The position numbers and the translations under genes are program-made. Shown in pieces: positions 1 to 9,768 of a DNA stretch of 64,000 nt (positions are counted from its first letter, which is position 1; each line of letters opens with the position of its first letter). A model generated the notes under the pieces. That model ran no database searches. It was given only the letters and a program-made list of their open reading frames with translations, and had not been told where the DNA came from. This DNA comes from a virus (lineage: Duplodnaviria; Heunggongvirae; Uroviricota; Caudoviricetes), in the IMG/VR virus record IMGVR_UViG_3300028886_000031, positions 1 through 64,000 of that record; one strand, given 5' to 3'.

Positions 1-571
1 ACAGCCAAACATCTTTACGAATTTTGTCTTTCAATTTAAATAATTGATATAATCCATTAATTATCTTACCAGTAAACTCTAAAAGAAAATATATTGATGG
101 TTTGTATATTTTATAGTTAATAACACCTTCATCTATTGTTTTTAATCTATAACTCTCTAGTTTTAACCATCTTGGATCATGATCTCGTGTTTTATATAAT
201 ACGGTCTTGTTTATATTATTTCTCCAATTGTCTGGAAGTGCGAAACTATGTAACAATTTTGGATTCTTAAGGTCTATAAATCTCAGATCATAATGTTCGC
301 TTCCATTTCTTGGATTATGCTGATGTAATATAAAAGGAAATCCGTCATATTTTGCTTCTTTAGATATCTTGGAAAAATGTTTTTCATTATTTATTCCGAA
401 TAATTCAAGGGATTTCCTATCAGACTCTAGTTGAAGTTCCTTTGGCATTTTGTTCCAATTTGTCCACATCTTATGTAATTGAAACAAATCACCAGTCTCA
501 CATATTATTTCTATTCCAGTATCTCTAGACCATTTTAAAGCCGATTCGTTTACATGATCTATATTACTCAT
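1..571 (-). CDS. LigD-type DNA 3'-phosphoesterase (PE domain), truncated by window edge
   Basis: Not in ORF track. Manual translation from ATG at 571 is open to position 1: MSNIDHVNE...FILHQHNPRNGSEHYDLRF...LLHSFALP...TRDHDPRWL...TIDEG...EFTGKIINGLYQLFKL...VWL. This matches the LigD PE pattern (H..HYDxRL, SWAxP, EDH, D.G, GxxLxG, WLL). Confidence 0.8.
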   Translation of the reverse strand, partial: MSNIDHVNESALKWSRDTGIEIICETGDLFQLHKMWTNWNKMPKELQLESDRKSLELFGINNEKHFSKISKEAKYDGFPFILHQHNPRNGSEHYDLRFIDLKNPKLLHSFALPDNWRNNINKTVLYKTRDHDPRWLKLESYRLKTIDEGVINYKIYKPSIYFLLEFTGKIINGLYQLFKLKDKIRKDVWL

Positions 572-575
572 TATA

Positions 576-887
576 TTAATGATAAGCTAGGGATTTAAGT
601 TTCTTTGTGAGATCTTCTGGAGTCTTATACTCATAATTGAATTTTAAATTTCCATCTTTAAATATCAATACAACTGGAGGATTAATAATGTTGAATTTTT
701 CCATCTTATCGTAATCCGTCATTACATTGTACCAATAAGATTTAATGTAATACTTTTTAAGATCTAAATCATCAATCTCCTTTAGGCATTTTTGTGTATT
801 CTCATCTTTGGGTGATACAACACAAACTATTACAGTAATTCCAACCTCTGCACATATTTCGAAGTCACGTTCTTCAATTTTTTTCAT
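576..887 (-). CDS. thioredoxin-fold protein lacking CxxC
   Basis: 103 aa; C-terminal KFNIINPPVVLIFKDG resembles thioredoxin (Y/F)xVxxxPTxxxFKxG; the WCxxC position reads PKDENT. Confidence 0.55.
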   Translation of the reverse strand: MKKIEERDFEICAEVGITVIVCVVSPKDENTQKCLKEIDDLDLKKYYIKSYWYNVMTDYDKMEKFNIINPPVVLIFKDGNLKFNYEYKTPEDLTKKLKSLAYH

Positions 888-972
888 TGGTGTCTCCAGT
901 TATTTAATTAGTTTAAGATACAACGTGAAAATTAAATATATAATTTAATAACAATCTACAAATTGATATCTA

Positions 973-1686
973 TTATCCATGATCAAATATCACATTCATA
1001 CACATGTAAGAGGACTGTAGTTTATCTATTATTCTATCGTATGCCTCTTTACCATTGTTATACATCGTTTCACCATTAACGGTTAATTCACCAAATTGTG
1101 TTTGGTAAGTACTGAATTTCATTCTATTCTTACCAATCCACATTTCTACCATAGCAACACACAGTTCCGTAAAAATATCCTCTAAATCCGGTATTATATC
1201 CCCAAGTTCAGGATCAGATTCTCTTTCGTATTCTATAACACAACTTCCTTCGAACTTAGGCATGATCTCACATATATTTGGAGGATAAAATCTAACGTTA
1301 TAATTATATGGAGAATATAAAAGAGTGTTGTTTGCTATTTGGTTTTGTAATGCTATTTGAGGTGTTTGTTCATAGTTGAAAGCACCGTACATATCATGTC
1401 CAAAAAGCAATGCTGATCCAGAATCATTGTACATGGCTTTAATATTCTTAATTTGCCTTCCATCTGGATCAAATAGAAAGAAACAAGATTTTCTTTTTGG
1501 AACTCTTACATTTTCATCATACGTATTCAACGTAATTCTATTAGTTGATGGGAAATAATAATCCCATTTTTTAAGAACAGTTCTCTTCATGTAATCGACA
1601 ATTTCGTCATCAGTTCTCTCTATACCTTGGAACGGAAAGCCAAGATTATCTTTTACACGTTGTAAAACATACGCCCATGATAACAT
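973..1686 (-). CDS. neck/head-completion protein, T4 gp13-like
   Basis: N-terminal VKDNLGFP...ERTDDEI and C-terminal KFSTYQTQFGELTVNGETMY...DRIIDKL resemble the gp13 family ends. Confidence 0.65.
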   Translation of the reverse strand: MLSWAYVLQRVKDNLGFPFQGIERTDDEIVDYMKRTVLKKWDYYFPSTNRITLNTYDENVRVPKRKSCFFLFDPDGRQIKNIKAMYNDSGSALLFGHDMYGAFNYEQTPQIALQNQIANNTLLYSPYNYNVRFYPPNICEIMPKFEGSCVIEYERESDPELGDIIPDLEDIFTELCVAMVEMWIGKNRMKFSTYQTQFGELTVNGETMYNNGKEAYDRIIDKLQSSYMCMNVIFDHG

Positions 1687-1742
1687 AATTATATATCCTT
1701 ATTTATATTTATTAGGATACCATGGACGTATGCTTACAAGAA

Positions 1743-2348
1743 CTATTTATTCAATATAAACATATTATATAGATCTTCAAACACAACAGGAAATCTATCA
1801 TATACCATACTCAACATCTTTTTGGCAAGTGATCTAATTTCCCATTGGGCATGTCTTTCACAACGAAGTTTAAAGAAACTTCTAAGTTCCCTAAAATTCA
1901 TTGTTACATAAATATCAGAACAACATGCGTTAGGGAGAACATATCTAGCATCTTCTCTTTTAATATTATGTGCTATCAGTTGTCTATAACTATCTAGACA
2001 TTTTTCAATATGTTTTTCAAAGATTTCTTTGGTCTCTGGATCTTTTTCTATTTCCGGTGGAATTACATATTCGAATGGATCCTCTTTACAATATCTTTGT
2101 GATTTTTGAGTATATGATGCTATTCTATGTCTGACTAACTGGTGAGTTAATGCTCTAGATACTCCAGTTATCTTAAATGTAACAAGACTATGTTCTAGAG
2201 GTGATTCATGTCCAAGTTTAATAATATTTTGTACAAATGTTTTATTCACAGTACCATTTGGATCACAATCACCACCATGACATACTCTCATAGCACGTTC
2301 TATGTTAATTTCTGCATTTGGTGTATACTGGACTAATTCAATTTTCAT
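1743..2348 (-). CDS. thyX: FAD-dependent thymidylate synthase
   Basis: GHESPLEH, SRALTHQLVRHRIASYTQKSQRY (ThyX motif), EDARYVLP, HAQWEIR. Confidence 0.97.
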   Translation of the reverse strand: MKIELVQYTPNAEINIERAMRVCHGGDCDPNGTVNKTFVQNIIKLGHESPLEHSLVTFKITGVSRALTHQLVRHRIASYTQKSQRYCKEDPFEYVIPPEIEKDPETKEIFEKHIEKCLDSYRQLIAHNIKREDARYVLPNACCSDIYVTMNFRELRSFFKLRCERHAQWEIRSLAKKMLSMVYDRFPVVFEDLYNMFILNK

Positions 2349-2905
2349 ATTATTTGATATCCTTCTTCGTAGATTCCTTCACCGTTAAAAAACGATATTA
2401 CCTTTTCTGATATTTCTTCATCTAAGCCATACATTTTTGAAGTTTTAAAGAAATGTACATACTCCATATATTCTGGATCAGTATTAAATTTTTCAAGACC
2501 TTGTATTGGATCATCGTCTAATATTGCAAATGATGATATATCTAAATTTGGATTAAATTTTAATGAATTAATTGAATATAGAATATCTGTATATTTATCA
2601 CTGTCATGTTCATGTGGTGCATTATCAATAATATAATCTTTATAATCATGACGTAATTGCGGCAATAAACTAGTATATTCCCATCCTTTTATGTTGGTGA
2701 ACGTATGGTCATCTGGATAATTCCTCCATGATGTAGAGAGAATAATCCGAGTATTTGTCCGTTTTAAAATATTATCCAGAAACATTAAATTAAATGGATC
2801 TAGTTTATATTTCAATGGTTCACATTCAAATAACAAACAATCATGAACTCTGTTATTTAAAACACCATCGATATCTAAATATAGTATATTTATCATAAAA
2901 AACAT
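2345..2905 (-). CDS. HAD-superfamily phosphatase (Swiss-Army-Knife RNA-repair type)
   Basis: Motif I LYLDIDGVLN, motif II ILSTSWR, motif IV AILDDD. Confidence 0.8.
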   Translation of the reverse strand: MFFMINILYLDIDGVLNNRVHDCLLFECEPLKYKLDPFNLMFLDNILKRTNTRIILSTSWRNYPDDHTFTNIKGWEYTSLLPQLRHDYKDYIIDNAPHEHDSDKYTDILYSINSLKFNPNLDISSFAILDDDPIQGLEKFNTDPEYMEYVHFFKTSKMYGLDEEISEKVISFFNGEGIYEEGYQII

Positions 2906-4119
2906 TCCTCAATTGTTCTAATATCTACAATATCACTCAGACCCTTCTTGTTTATATTATCCCATAAGATTTTATAACTTGAGAGTTTCGGAATTCCTTT
3001 GTAGATTTTATCTATGTATTGTTTAATTTCTATAGTACTTGTTGGAAAACCACCATTTAAATATTCACTTAACGCTCTATATGAAATTAATTTCATATTT
3101 CTACTAACAATATCTGGATGGCTAAATATCTTAGTTAGAGTACTAGTACTAGAGTACTCCCAAGATTCTGTCAATATATTATCAGCTTTCAATACCCTAT
3201 CATACATTTTATCAGCATCATAATTAAAAGCCTTCATAATAGTATCAATGTTCTTATATATAACTTTTGGACCAAGACCTTTAATCCCAGGAATTCCATC
3301 ACCTGTATCACCACAGAGTGATAAAACCAAAGGAAACCATTTTGCTGCATCCTTAATAGGATTACAATCCATTTTACAAAAATGTGTAAATAATGTATCT
3401 TGTGTTATATATTCTGTTTTGTCACAATTCATTGCTCTGTAATATTGATAAGAGTTTTCAAACTCCAAACATTGCAACATATCTTTATCACGAGAATATA
3501 TAATGTTTAATGAAGATTCCCTCTGTTCAGGTGTCATTTCATGTTTCATTACATAATATGGAATGAAATCTGCTTCACAATGTTTTAGACAATAGAAACT
3601 ACAATCTGGTATTCTGTTAATAACATATTCACATAGTGAATAATTCTTATCCAATATACCGAAAAACTCTTCTCTATTTTTTGTATCTAATCCAAAGAAA
3701 TCAGAATTCTGTCTATTTTCTTTATATTTGTCGTATATATTCAAATGATACTTGCTTCTACCTTGTTCCATAAAGAAAATAATGTTGAATTTAACATCTC
3801 TTTTGACTGCATATTTCTTATGGAATGCTATAAAATAAAGTAATGAGGAAAATAAATCCAAATTTAAATGTCTCTCACTCTTAGATGAGTTAATAATACG
3901 AAGAACACACCATTCCTGATATATTCCCGTACAACATCCTTTAACATCTACAAAGATATTAATTGTCTTTTTTGGATTACAACTTAAAAGATTATCCAAA
4001 TAAGAGTACTTCGGATAGTAAGGCATTAATTGTGGATTCGCATTTCCGTTTAAACCAAGATCTTCATATTCAGAAGACATGCTTGTACTAATGCTAAACT
4101 TCGGTTTTAGATTATCCAT
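2893..4119 (-). CDS. 5'-3' exonuclease / flap endonuclease (T4 RNase H-like)
   Basis: YKENR, EADFI, SRDKDMLQ, helix-hairpin GDTGDGIPGIKGLGPK. Confidence 0.88.
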   Translation of the reverse strand: MDNLKPKFSISTSMSSEYEDLGLNGNANPQLMPYYPKYSYLDNLLSCNPKKTINIFVDVKGCCTGIYQEWCVLRIINSSKSERHLNLDLFSSLLYFIAFHKKYAVKRDVKFNIIFFMEQGRSKYHLNIYDKYKENRQNSDFFGLDTKNREEFFGILDKNYSLCEYVINRIPDCSFYCLKHCEADFIPYYVMKHEMTPEQRESSLNIIYSRDKDMLQCLEFENSYQYYRAMNCDKTEYITQDTLFTHFCKMDCNPIKDAAKWFPLVLSLCGDTGDGIPGIKGLGPKVIYKNIDTIMKAFNYDADKMYDRVLKADNILTESWEYSSTSTLTKIFSHPDIVSRNMKLISYRALSEYLNGGFPTSTIEIKQYIDKIYKGIPKLSSYKILWDNINKKGLSDIVDIRTIEECFL

Positions 4120-4129
4120 TAAATCCTCT

Positions 4130-6124
4130 TTAAATTAAAGTGCCATAAATCTGGATATAACAGTCTCTATGTGGCTCAATCTTAAATGTTATTATTTTTT
4201 TGTCCTGATCTACTATAAAATCAATATCCTTGTTCATTAACCCATTATAGCTTATACATTGAATTGTACTAGGATCAATACGTCTACAATTAGAAATATC
4301 AACTTCTAAGAATTTCTTTTCATAGTAATATTTTGATTCATCCTCTTTTGTGATTTTATAATCATTAACAAGGTGTATGACAGATTCTATACAATTACTA
4401 TCTCTATATAGACTTATTACATCACCATCTTTTATCTTAACATATTCTTTATCAAAGATAATCTTAAATCCAGTTATGGCATAATTATCCATCTCTATAG
4501 AATCACTTTTTCTTGTTTTATTTAGAATTTTACCATTAATTTTTACGACAATATCATCTCTGCAGTCATTGTTAATTATCTTTTCAAATTCGTAAATGTA
4601 TTGTCCTTCGACACCAGTAATTTGCTCACATATAACAGTTTTATTTTGCGTAATCTTTTGATTTACGTTAATTTCACCAAATGGAAGATCATAAGCTCCA
4701 TCTTTTCTCAAAGATTGTTCTAGTTTGAACTGCTTAATCATTTTAATGATATTATGATTAAATACAAATTTATTGTAATCATCATACCAATGATAACATT
4801 TAATTACTTGTCTGCCATCGTATATAACTTTACCCAAGACATCAAATGTCACAGTTCTTCCATGTAAACTTCTAATGGCTTTCCTAAGTTGCTGGTTATC
4901 TATATCACACATTAAACTTATGTTATAATTTTTAACAAGGTTCATTAACTCAAAAGACGTTGTTTTATCTTCAAATGATATTAAACCTCTGCATTTTCTT
5001 ACGTATGGCAAATATTCTTCACAATACTTATCTATAACAAGTACAGTATTGATATTTTTAATATCAACTTCACTTTTAAGTTTATCTATATTAAGAATAT
5101 CACCTATAACATAATGATCCCATTTTTGATACTTTTCTGGATATGAATAACACATATCATCCTGAAATTTAATCAACGGAATTGCATCATTGTTGACTAT
5201 GTTGTATATAGGCATGATCTTACTAAATGGAACAATTTCCTTGTACAAATCCAATTTAGAATACATAGGAAACGACATTTTCATTGGATACTTCGCTTGT
5301 GCTGGAGTTAATCCAATATTAGCGTTAATTGCATTAATGGGATATTGATAATTTTCAATTCTTATAAATGTTGGGATATTACATTCCCATGTAAATGTAG
5401 CTGTAGTCTTATATTCAGCAATTTGATCACCGCCCATTTTATTTGTAGCATCAGAAAAAGAATCTAGCCTCCAAATGGCGTCCAATTTAAATGGAAGTGC
5501 ATATTCTTGCGTGTTTGTAGTTGTTAATGTAATAATCTCTGGATTAATTCCATCCCAATTAATCTTTCCATCTGGTCCAGAAGATTCTATAAGTTCCTTT
5601 GGAAGGATTAAATGTGTTGTAAATAATTCTGGTCTAATCCATCTCTGATACCCACCACAATATTGTATCAAAGTTGTTCTAAAGTCCATTAAATCATATA
5701 TAGATGTCATCCAGCATGTTAATTCTACCGTTCCTTGATATCTCGTAAACATTGGGGTAATGGAGACACCTTGGTCCGTTAACTTAATCTTATTCCACAT
5801 TCTACTAGAAGCATCAAGATTTTTAAACATCCATAGGAAGCGCCCAGCTCTTTCTTCATTGCTAAAATCTAGCATCGGATCTAACGTTAAAGCTGGAAGG
5901 AATGGAGCTTGGGTCATACCATCCTTATTCTCCATTTTTTTCTTAAAAACTTCTACAGCTTTATCATAAGTTGTAATAACTTTATATTTAAATCTCGGAT
6001 ATAGAACATCACCTACCCAATTCAACATTCCATTAAACAAAGACATGAAGCATTGGTGTACAAAAACAGTATTGATACAATACTTTTTTGGCAACATCTT
6101 GTAGAAATCAGATTCATCTATCAT
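4130..6124 (-). CDS. multidomain hypothetical protein, possibly virion (tail-completion-like N-terminus), with internal PEP-utiliser mobile-domain-like segment
   Basis: 664 aa in a tightly coupled operon; aa ~338-437 resemble the phosphohistidine swivel domain; C-terminal beta-rich repeats of the kind seen in phage structural proteins. Confidence 0.45.
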   Translation of the reverse strand: MIDESDFYKMLPKKYCINTVFVHQCFMSLFNGMLNWVGDVLYPRFKYKVITTYDKAVEVFKKKMENKDGMTQAPFLPALTLDPMLDFSNEERAGRFLWMFKNLDASSRMWNKIKLTDQGVSITPMFTRYQGTVELTCWMTSIYDLMDFRTTLIQYCGGYQRWIRPELFTTHLILPKELIESSGPDGKINWDGINPEIITLTTTNTQEYALPFKLDAIWRLDSFSDATNKMGGDQIAEYKTTATFTWECNIPTFIRIENYQYPINAINANIGLTPAQAKYPMKMSFPMYSKLDLYKEIVPFSKIMPIYNIVNNDAIPLIKFQDDMCYSYPEKYQKWDHYVIGDILNIDKLKSEVDIKNINTVLVIDKYCEEYLPYVRKCRGLISFEDKTTSFELMNLVKNYNISLMCDIDNQQLRKAIRSLHGRTVTFDVLGKVIYDGRQVIKCYHWYDDYNKFVFNHNIIKMIKQFKLEQSLRKDGAYDLPFGEINVNQKITQNKTVICEQITGVEGQYIYEFEKIINNDCRDDIVVKINGKILNKTRKSDSIEMDNYAITGFKIIFDKEYVKIKDGDVISLYRDSNCIESVIHLVNDYKITKEDESKYYYEKKFLEVDISNCRRIDPSTIQCISYNGLMNKDIDFIVDQDKKIITFKIEPHRDCYIQIYGTLI

Positions 6125-6765
6125 AATTGAAATCCATTTTGAATTTGCTGTGGAGTTAAATCTGAATTCTTTTCATCAAATAGGGATTCTATAGCATCTT
6201 CTGTGTTTTCAAATTTAGTCCCAGTCGTTTTATATTTTTTATATAATTGCTGGAGATAACTGGCACAATCGTGAGAATATATACAGAAAGAAGAAGACCT
6301 CACGATCCTCTTCTTTCTGTCGTTGTTAATATATTGTCTATTACATATACAATATAGAAAATCTAATGGGAATTTATATAATCTTAATATGTTAATGTCT
6401 ATTTTATTTTCAATAAATGTATTAGATAATAAAACTTTATCCATCACAATGGATTCTTTATATTCATAGTGCAAGATATCTTTAAACTGTGTAAATATAC
6501 CGTTAAAACTATTTATACAAGTACAACTATCACTTTTTGTATTAGAGTAATCTAAAAATGTATTACAAAATCTAGATTTCTTAAAATCGAAGCATACTTT
6601 TATTATGTTTTTATTTCTAAGGAAATTATATGTTTTTGGATTTATATGGTATGCTGTAAATATATTATAATTATTAAAAAGAATATATAACTGAAGATTT
6701 TTCTTACCATACTTTAATACAGGACCGTAGATCCTGTTGAAATTTTCATTTTTTCTATCATTCAT
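6121..6765 (-). CDS. hypothetical protein
   Basis: 214-aa ORF with 4-bp overlaps to both neighbours. Confidence 0.6.
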   Translation of the reverse strand: MNDRKNENFNRIYGPVLKYGKKNLQLYILFNNYNIFTAYHINPKTYNFLRNKNIIKVCFDFKKSRFCNTFLDYSNTKSDSCTCINSFNGIFTQFKDILHYEYKESIVMDKVLLSNTFIENKIDINILRLYKFPLDFLYCICNRQYINNDRKKRIVRSSSFCIYSHDCASYLQQLYKKYKTTGTKFENTEDAIESLFDEKNSDLTPQQIQNGFQL

Positions 6766-8795
6766 ATTAGTAAAGCATTATAGAAAGTATTATCTAATTT
6801 ATATTTGTTATCGTATATTAATGAAAGCAATTCACTCTGTTGCAAGTGTGAATCTTCTATATTCTTTTTAAATATCTCATAAGTTATATTCTTAGGTAAG
6901 GAATTCACATTCCAAAAATATAGTGCTTTTAATATATCTAACGGATAATTTGTAATATCAATGTTATCTAATATATCATATATATTCACATTAATATTTT
7001 TAATTTGTTCCAGATCACTAAAATCTGGATATTTTTCCTTAATATATCTAATAAGTATTTCATTATTATATTTAGATTTTCCAATTCCAAATTTACTCAA
7101 TATTTCTTTCGGAAGTCCATCTGTGGATTTAAGAACTTCTTTATAACATTTCTCTATGTTCTTATTCCAATAATAACCTTCTATAATAAGAAGTCTATTT
7201 ATAATATCAGGTTTATAATCCGTTGTAATTAATTTAATATCATTATATGTAAGAAGCATATATTTCGAATTAAAAGATGTTCCAACTATAAGTTTATCCC
7301 TAAACTTAAAAGCTGTATCATAAACTCTATTAATAGAATCTTTTATATGTTGAACATTTAAATCTACTTTAATCTTCGTGTTATTGTATATTTCACTTTC
7401 AAATTCATCGAAGAACTTTTCCGATCTCAACTTATTATACAGTCTAATAACACTCTCAATTAATATATCCCTGCTTATATCTAAAGTATATGTTAATACA
7501 AAAGGAGATGTAATCGTCTTAAAACAATATGTAAATAAATTTTTATTTATTTTTTCATCTGAAATACCATTTAAATCTGTTTTAATCTTATTAAGATATA
7601 TAGAAGCCAGTAACAAGAAATATGCACAATCAATACGATCCTGAATATTTGTTTTATCTGTATTATCTAATATAATGGGATTGATACCATTGGATAAATT
7701 TTTCTTATTGTTAATATAATTATTAATATTGTACTTAATATCTTGACTTAATATATAATTAATAGAATATCTATCTATGTTAGATATACCTTTATACATA
7801 TCTATTCCTGTTTCGGAATAGATTGTATTAACAAAAGCATCTAAAGGAATACGTGAATTTACACAATTTAATATGATTAATTCAAGATTTTTAAAATTAT
7901 CCTTTAAAATTTTTTTTTGAAAAAAATTTTCTTGAACTATTTCCTTTTGTGTCTTTTCTTCATTTTTTTCCGTTTCCTTCGGCAAATCCAACTCTATACT
8001 ATCATACTTATCAGTTAAAAAACTATCAAAAGCTTTATTTTCGGTGTCTTCTTGTTCAGATTCTACGTTAGATTCACTATCATCCAGTGAAATTTCATCT
8101 AATACAGGAAGTGTAATATTATCTTCGCTATTGCTTTCTGGAACAGATTGAACTGCCGTCTGTCTTGGTGATACACCAATATCTCTGATGGAATCACTTA
8201 ATCTATCTATTCTATCATTTAAATCAAGAAGACCCTTATCGTACTTCTCTTCAACCTTCTTTATATAATCGAGAATAGAAACTTTTTGTGACATTAAACA
8301 ATAATTATCAAAAAGTTTATTTAACGTCAAATGCAAGGAAATATATTCTGGAATTGGAATATATACTTTATCGGAATCTAGTACGGATTGCTCCTTTTCA
8401 CCAATCATCACTCTAATACATGGAGCATCCAATAACTCATTATACATAATTGTTGTATACAGGTTATTTCTATTCGTTACCTGCGTAAAACCATCAGTAT
8501 AATTCTTATTTGTCTTAATATGCGATATATGTTCGTTTAATTTATCTGTAATAATTTTCTTTAAATTATATGTATATCTGTAAAGTTCACTGTTGAACAT
8601 TGTAACAGAAGAACTCGTAGAACTCTGACTATAAATGATAAACTTAATTCTGGGAGTCTGAAGCCTAGACTGTTCCGCTGTTTGATAAGTAAAGAAATCT
8701 ACGCATAAACTATTAGAGGATACACTATTATCCCAATATGTCCAGGCGGTTGAACCGGAATAAAAAACAGATTCTTTACACATTGAAAACCTCAA
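6762..8795 (-). CDS. hypothetical protein
   Basis: 677-aa ORF with acidic internal linker; ATGA overlaps. Confidence 0.7.
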   Translation of the reverse strand: MRFSMCKESVFYSGSTAWTYWDNSVSSNSLCVDFFTYQTAEQSRLQTPRIKFIIYSQSSTSSSVTMFNSELYRYTYNLKKIITDKLNEHISHIKTNKNYTDGFTQVTNRNNLYTTIMYNELLDAPCIRVMIGEKEQSVLDSDKVYIPIPEYISLHLTLNKLFDNYCLMSQKVSILDYIKKVEEKYDKGLLDLNDRIDRLSDSIRDIGVSPRQTAVQSVPESNSEDNITLPVLDEISLDDSESNVESEQEDTENKAFDSFLTDKYDSIELDLPKETEKNEEKTQKEIVQENFFQKKILKDNFKNLELIILNCVNSRIPLDAFVNTIYSETGIDMYKGISNIDRYSINYILSQDIKYNINNYINNKKNLSNGINPIILDNTDKTNIQDRIDCAYFLLLASIYLNKIKTDLNGISDEKINKNLFTYCFKTITSPFVLTYTLDISRDILIESVIRLYNKLRSEKFFDEFESEIYNNTKIKVDLNVQHIKDSINRVYDTAFKFRDKLIVGTSFNSKYMLLTYNDIKLITTDYKPDIINRLLIIEGYYWNKNIEKCYKEVLKSTDGLPKEILSKFGIGKSKYNNEILIRYIKEKYPDFSDLEQIKNINVNIYDILDNIDITNYPLDILKALYFWNVNSLPKNITYEIFKKNIEDSHLQQSELLSLIYDNKYKLDNTFYNALLI

Positions 8796-9331
8796 ATCAT
8801 ATCCATAATTTCAGTACTGGAAACCATACCATCTATGGTCTTCTTACGCTCTTTAATTTCACTCTTAGTCATCTTTTTAACTTTCAACTTGTTGTTTAAG
8901 TTAAACATATCATATATAGTTTCTTTTTTATCAGATTTATCTATCCAATCTACCAACATGCAGATTTCTTCTTTTTTAAGATATGGATACTTCTTCCAAA
9001 GTTTCTTAATTAATTCATTTTCTTTGTTAGATGGATATCTCGCGTTATAATGTCTATAACCAGTAAAATAAACAATTTCTTTAAATGTTCTCATCAAATC
9101 CTCTGTGGACAGATAGAACAACGAATATTTATTATATATCTTGTTTATAAAAGGAAAATAATCAGCGGATGATTCAAAATACATTAATATGTAATATGGA
9201 CTTATAATACCATTCTTATTAAGTTCTGCAGGAAATGGACTTTTAAGATTTCCATCATTAACCCATCTCATAAGAATTGTATAGGGCGATGTTCCTGCGT
9301 TTACGGTTTCTTCTGATTTCTTTCTTGGCAT
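8792..9331 (-). CDS. possible clamp-loader small subunit (T4 gp62-like)
   Basis: 179 aa; SPYYILMYF...INKIYNKY...ELIKKLWKKYPYL loosely resembles gp62; a gp44 homologue is present at 15368. Confidence 0.35.
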   Translation of the reverse strand: MPRKKSEETVNAGTSPYTILMRWVNDGNLKSPFPAELNKNGIISPYYILMYFESSADYFPFINKIYNKYSLFYLSTEDLMRTFKEIVYFTGYRHYNARYPSNKENELIKKLWKKYPYLKKEEICMLVDWIDKSDKKETIYDMFNLNNKLKVKKMTKSEIKERKKTIDGMVSSTEIMDMI

Positions 9332-9768
9332 CTTTGCTGTCCCTTTGAAAATTTGGTTATTGTATAATCCAACACAATATCATTACATATAGATATGTAA
9401 TCTGTAAATATGGAATTACCACACAGATGTTGAATCCATGGGTGATTAACCACCTTTTTATTAAAGGTTAATATTCCAAACTTCAATTTCTTATATATAC
9501 AATATCCAAGTTCTAGCATTGTGCCAATTGTTATCTTATTTAGGTAGATTGCTATATAATTAGATCTATTAATATCATCTAGATCCATAGGGCATACAGA
9601 TGGATCATTACTTTTAAATTTTAAAGGATCAATAAAGTTTATATCTTTATGTCTCATTGATATTCCATCAATGAGATTCTTTTTCCAATTGTTAGATACA
9701 AAGTTCCACCAGTGATAACTAGTGGAACTTAGATAAACAATGTAGTCTAATGGCGGAACATCTATCAT
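9301..9768 (-). CDS. nucleoside 2-deoxyribosyltransferase / RCL-like N-glycosidase
   Basis: VYLS...W...FIDP...DLDDINRS...GTMLELGY pattern, including the family's catalytic Glu. Confidence 0.75.
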   Translation of the reverse strand: MIDVPPLDYIVYLSSTSYHWWNFVSNNWKKNLIDGISMRHKDINFIDPLKFKSNDPSVCPMDLDDINRSNYIAIYLNKITIGTMLELGYCIYKKLKFGILTFNKKVVNHPWIQHLCGNSIFTDYISICNDIVLDYTITKFSKGQQRCQERNQKKP

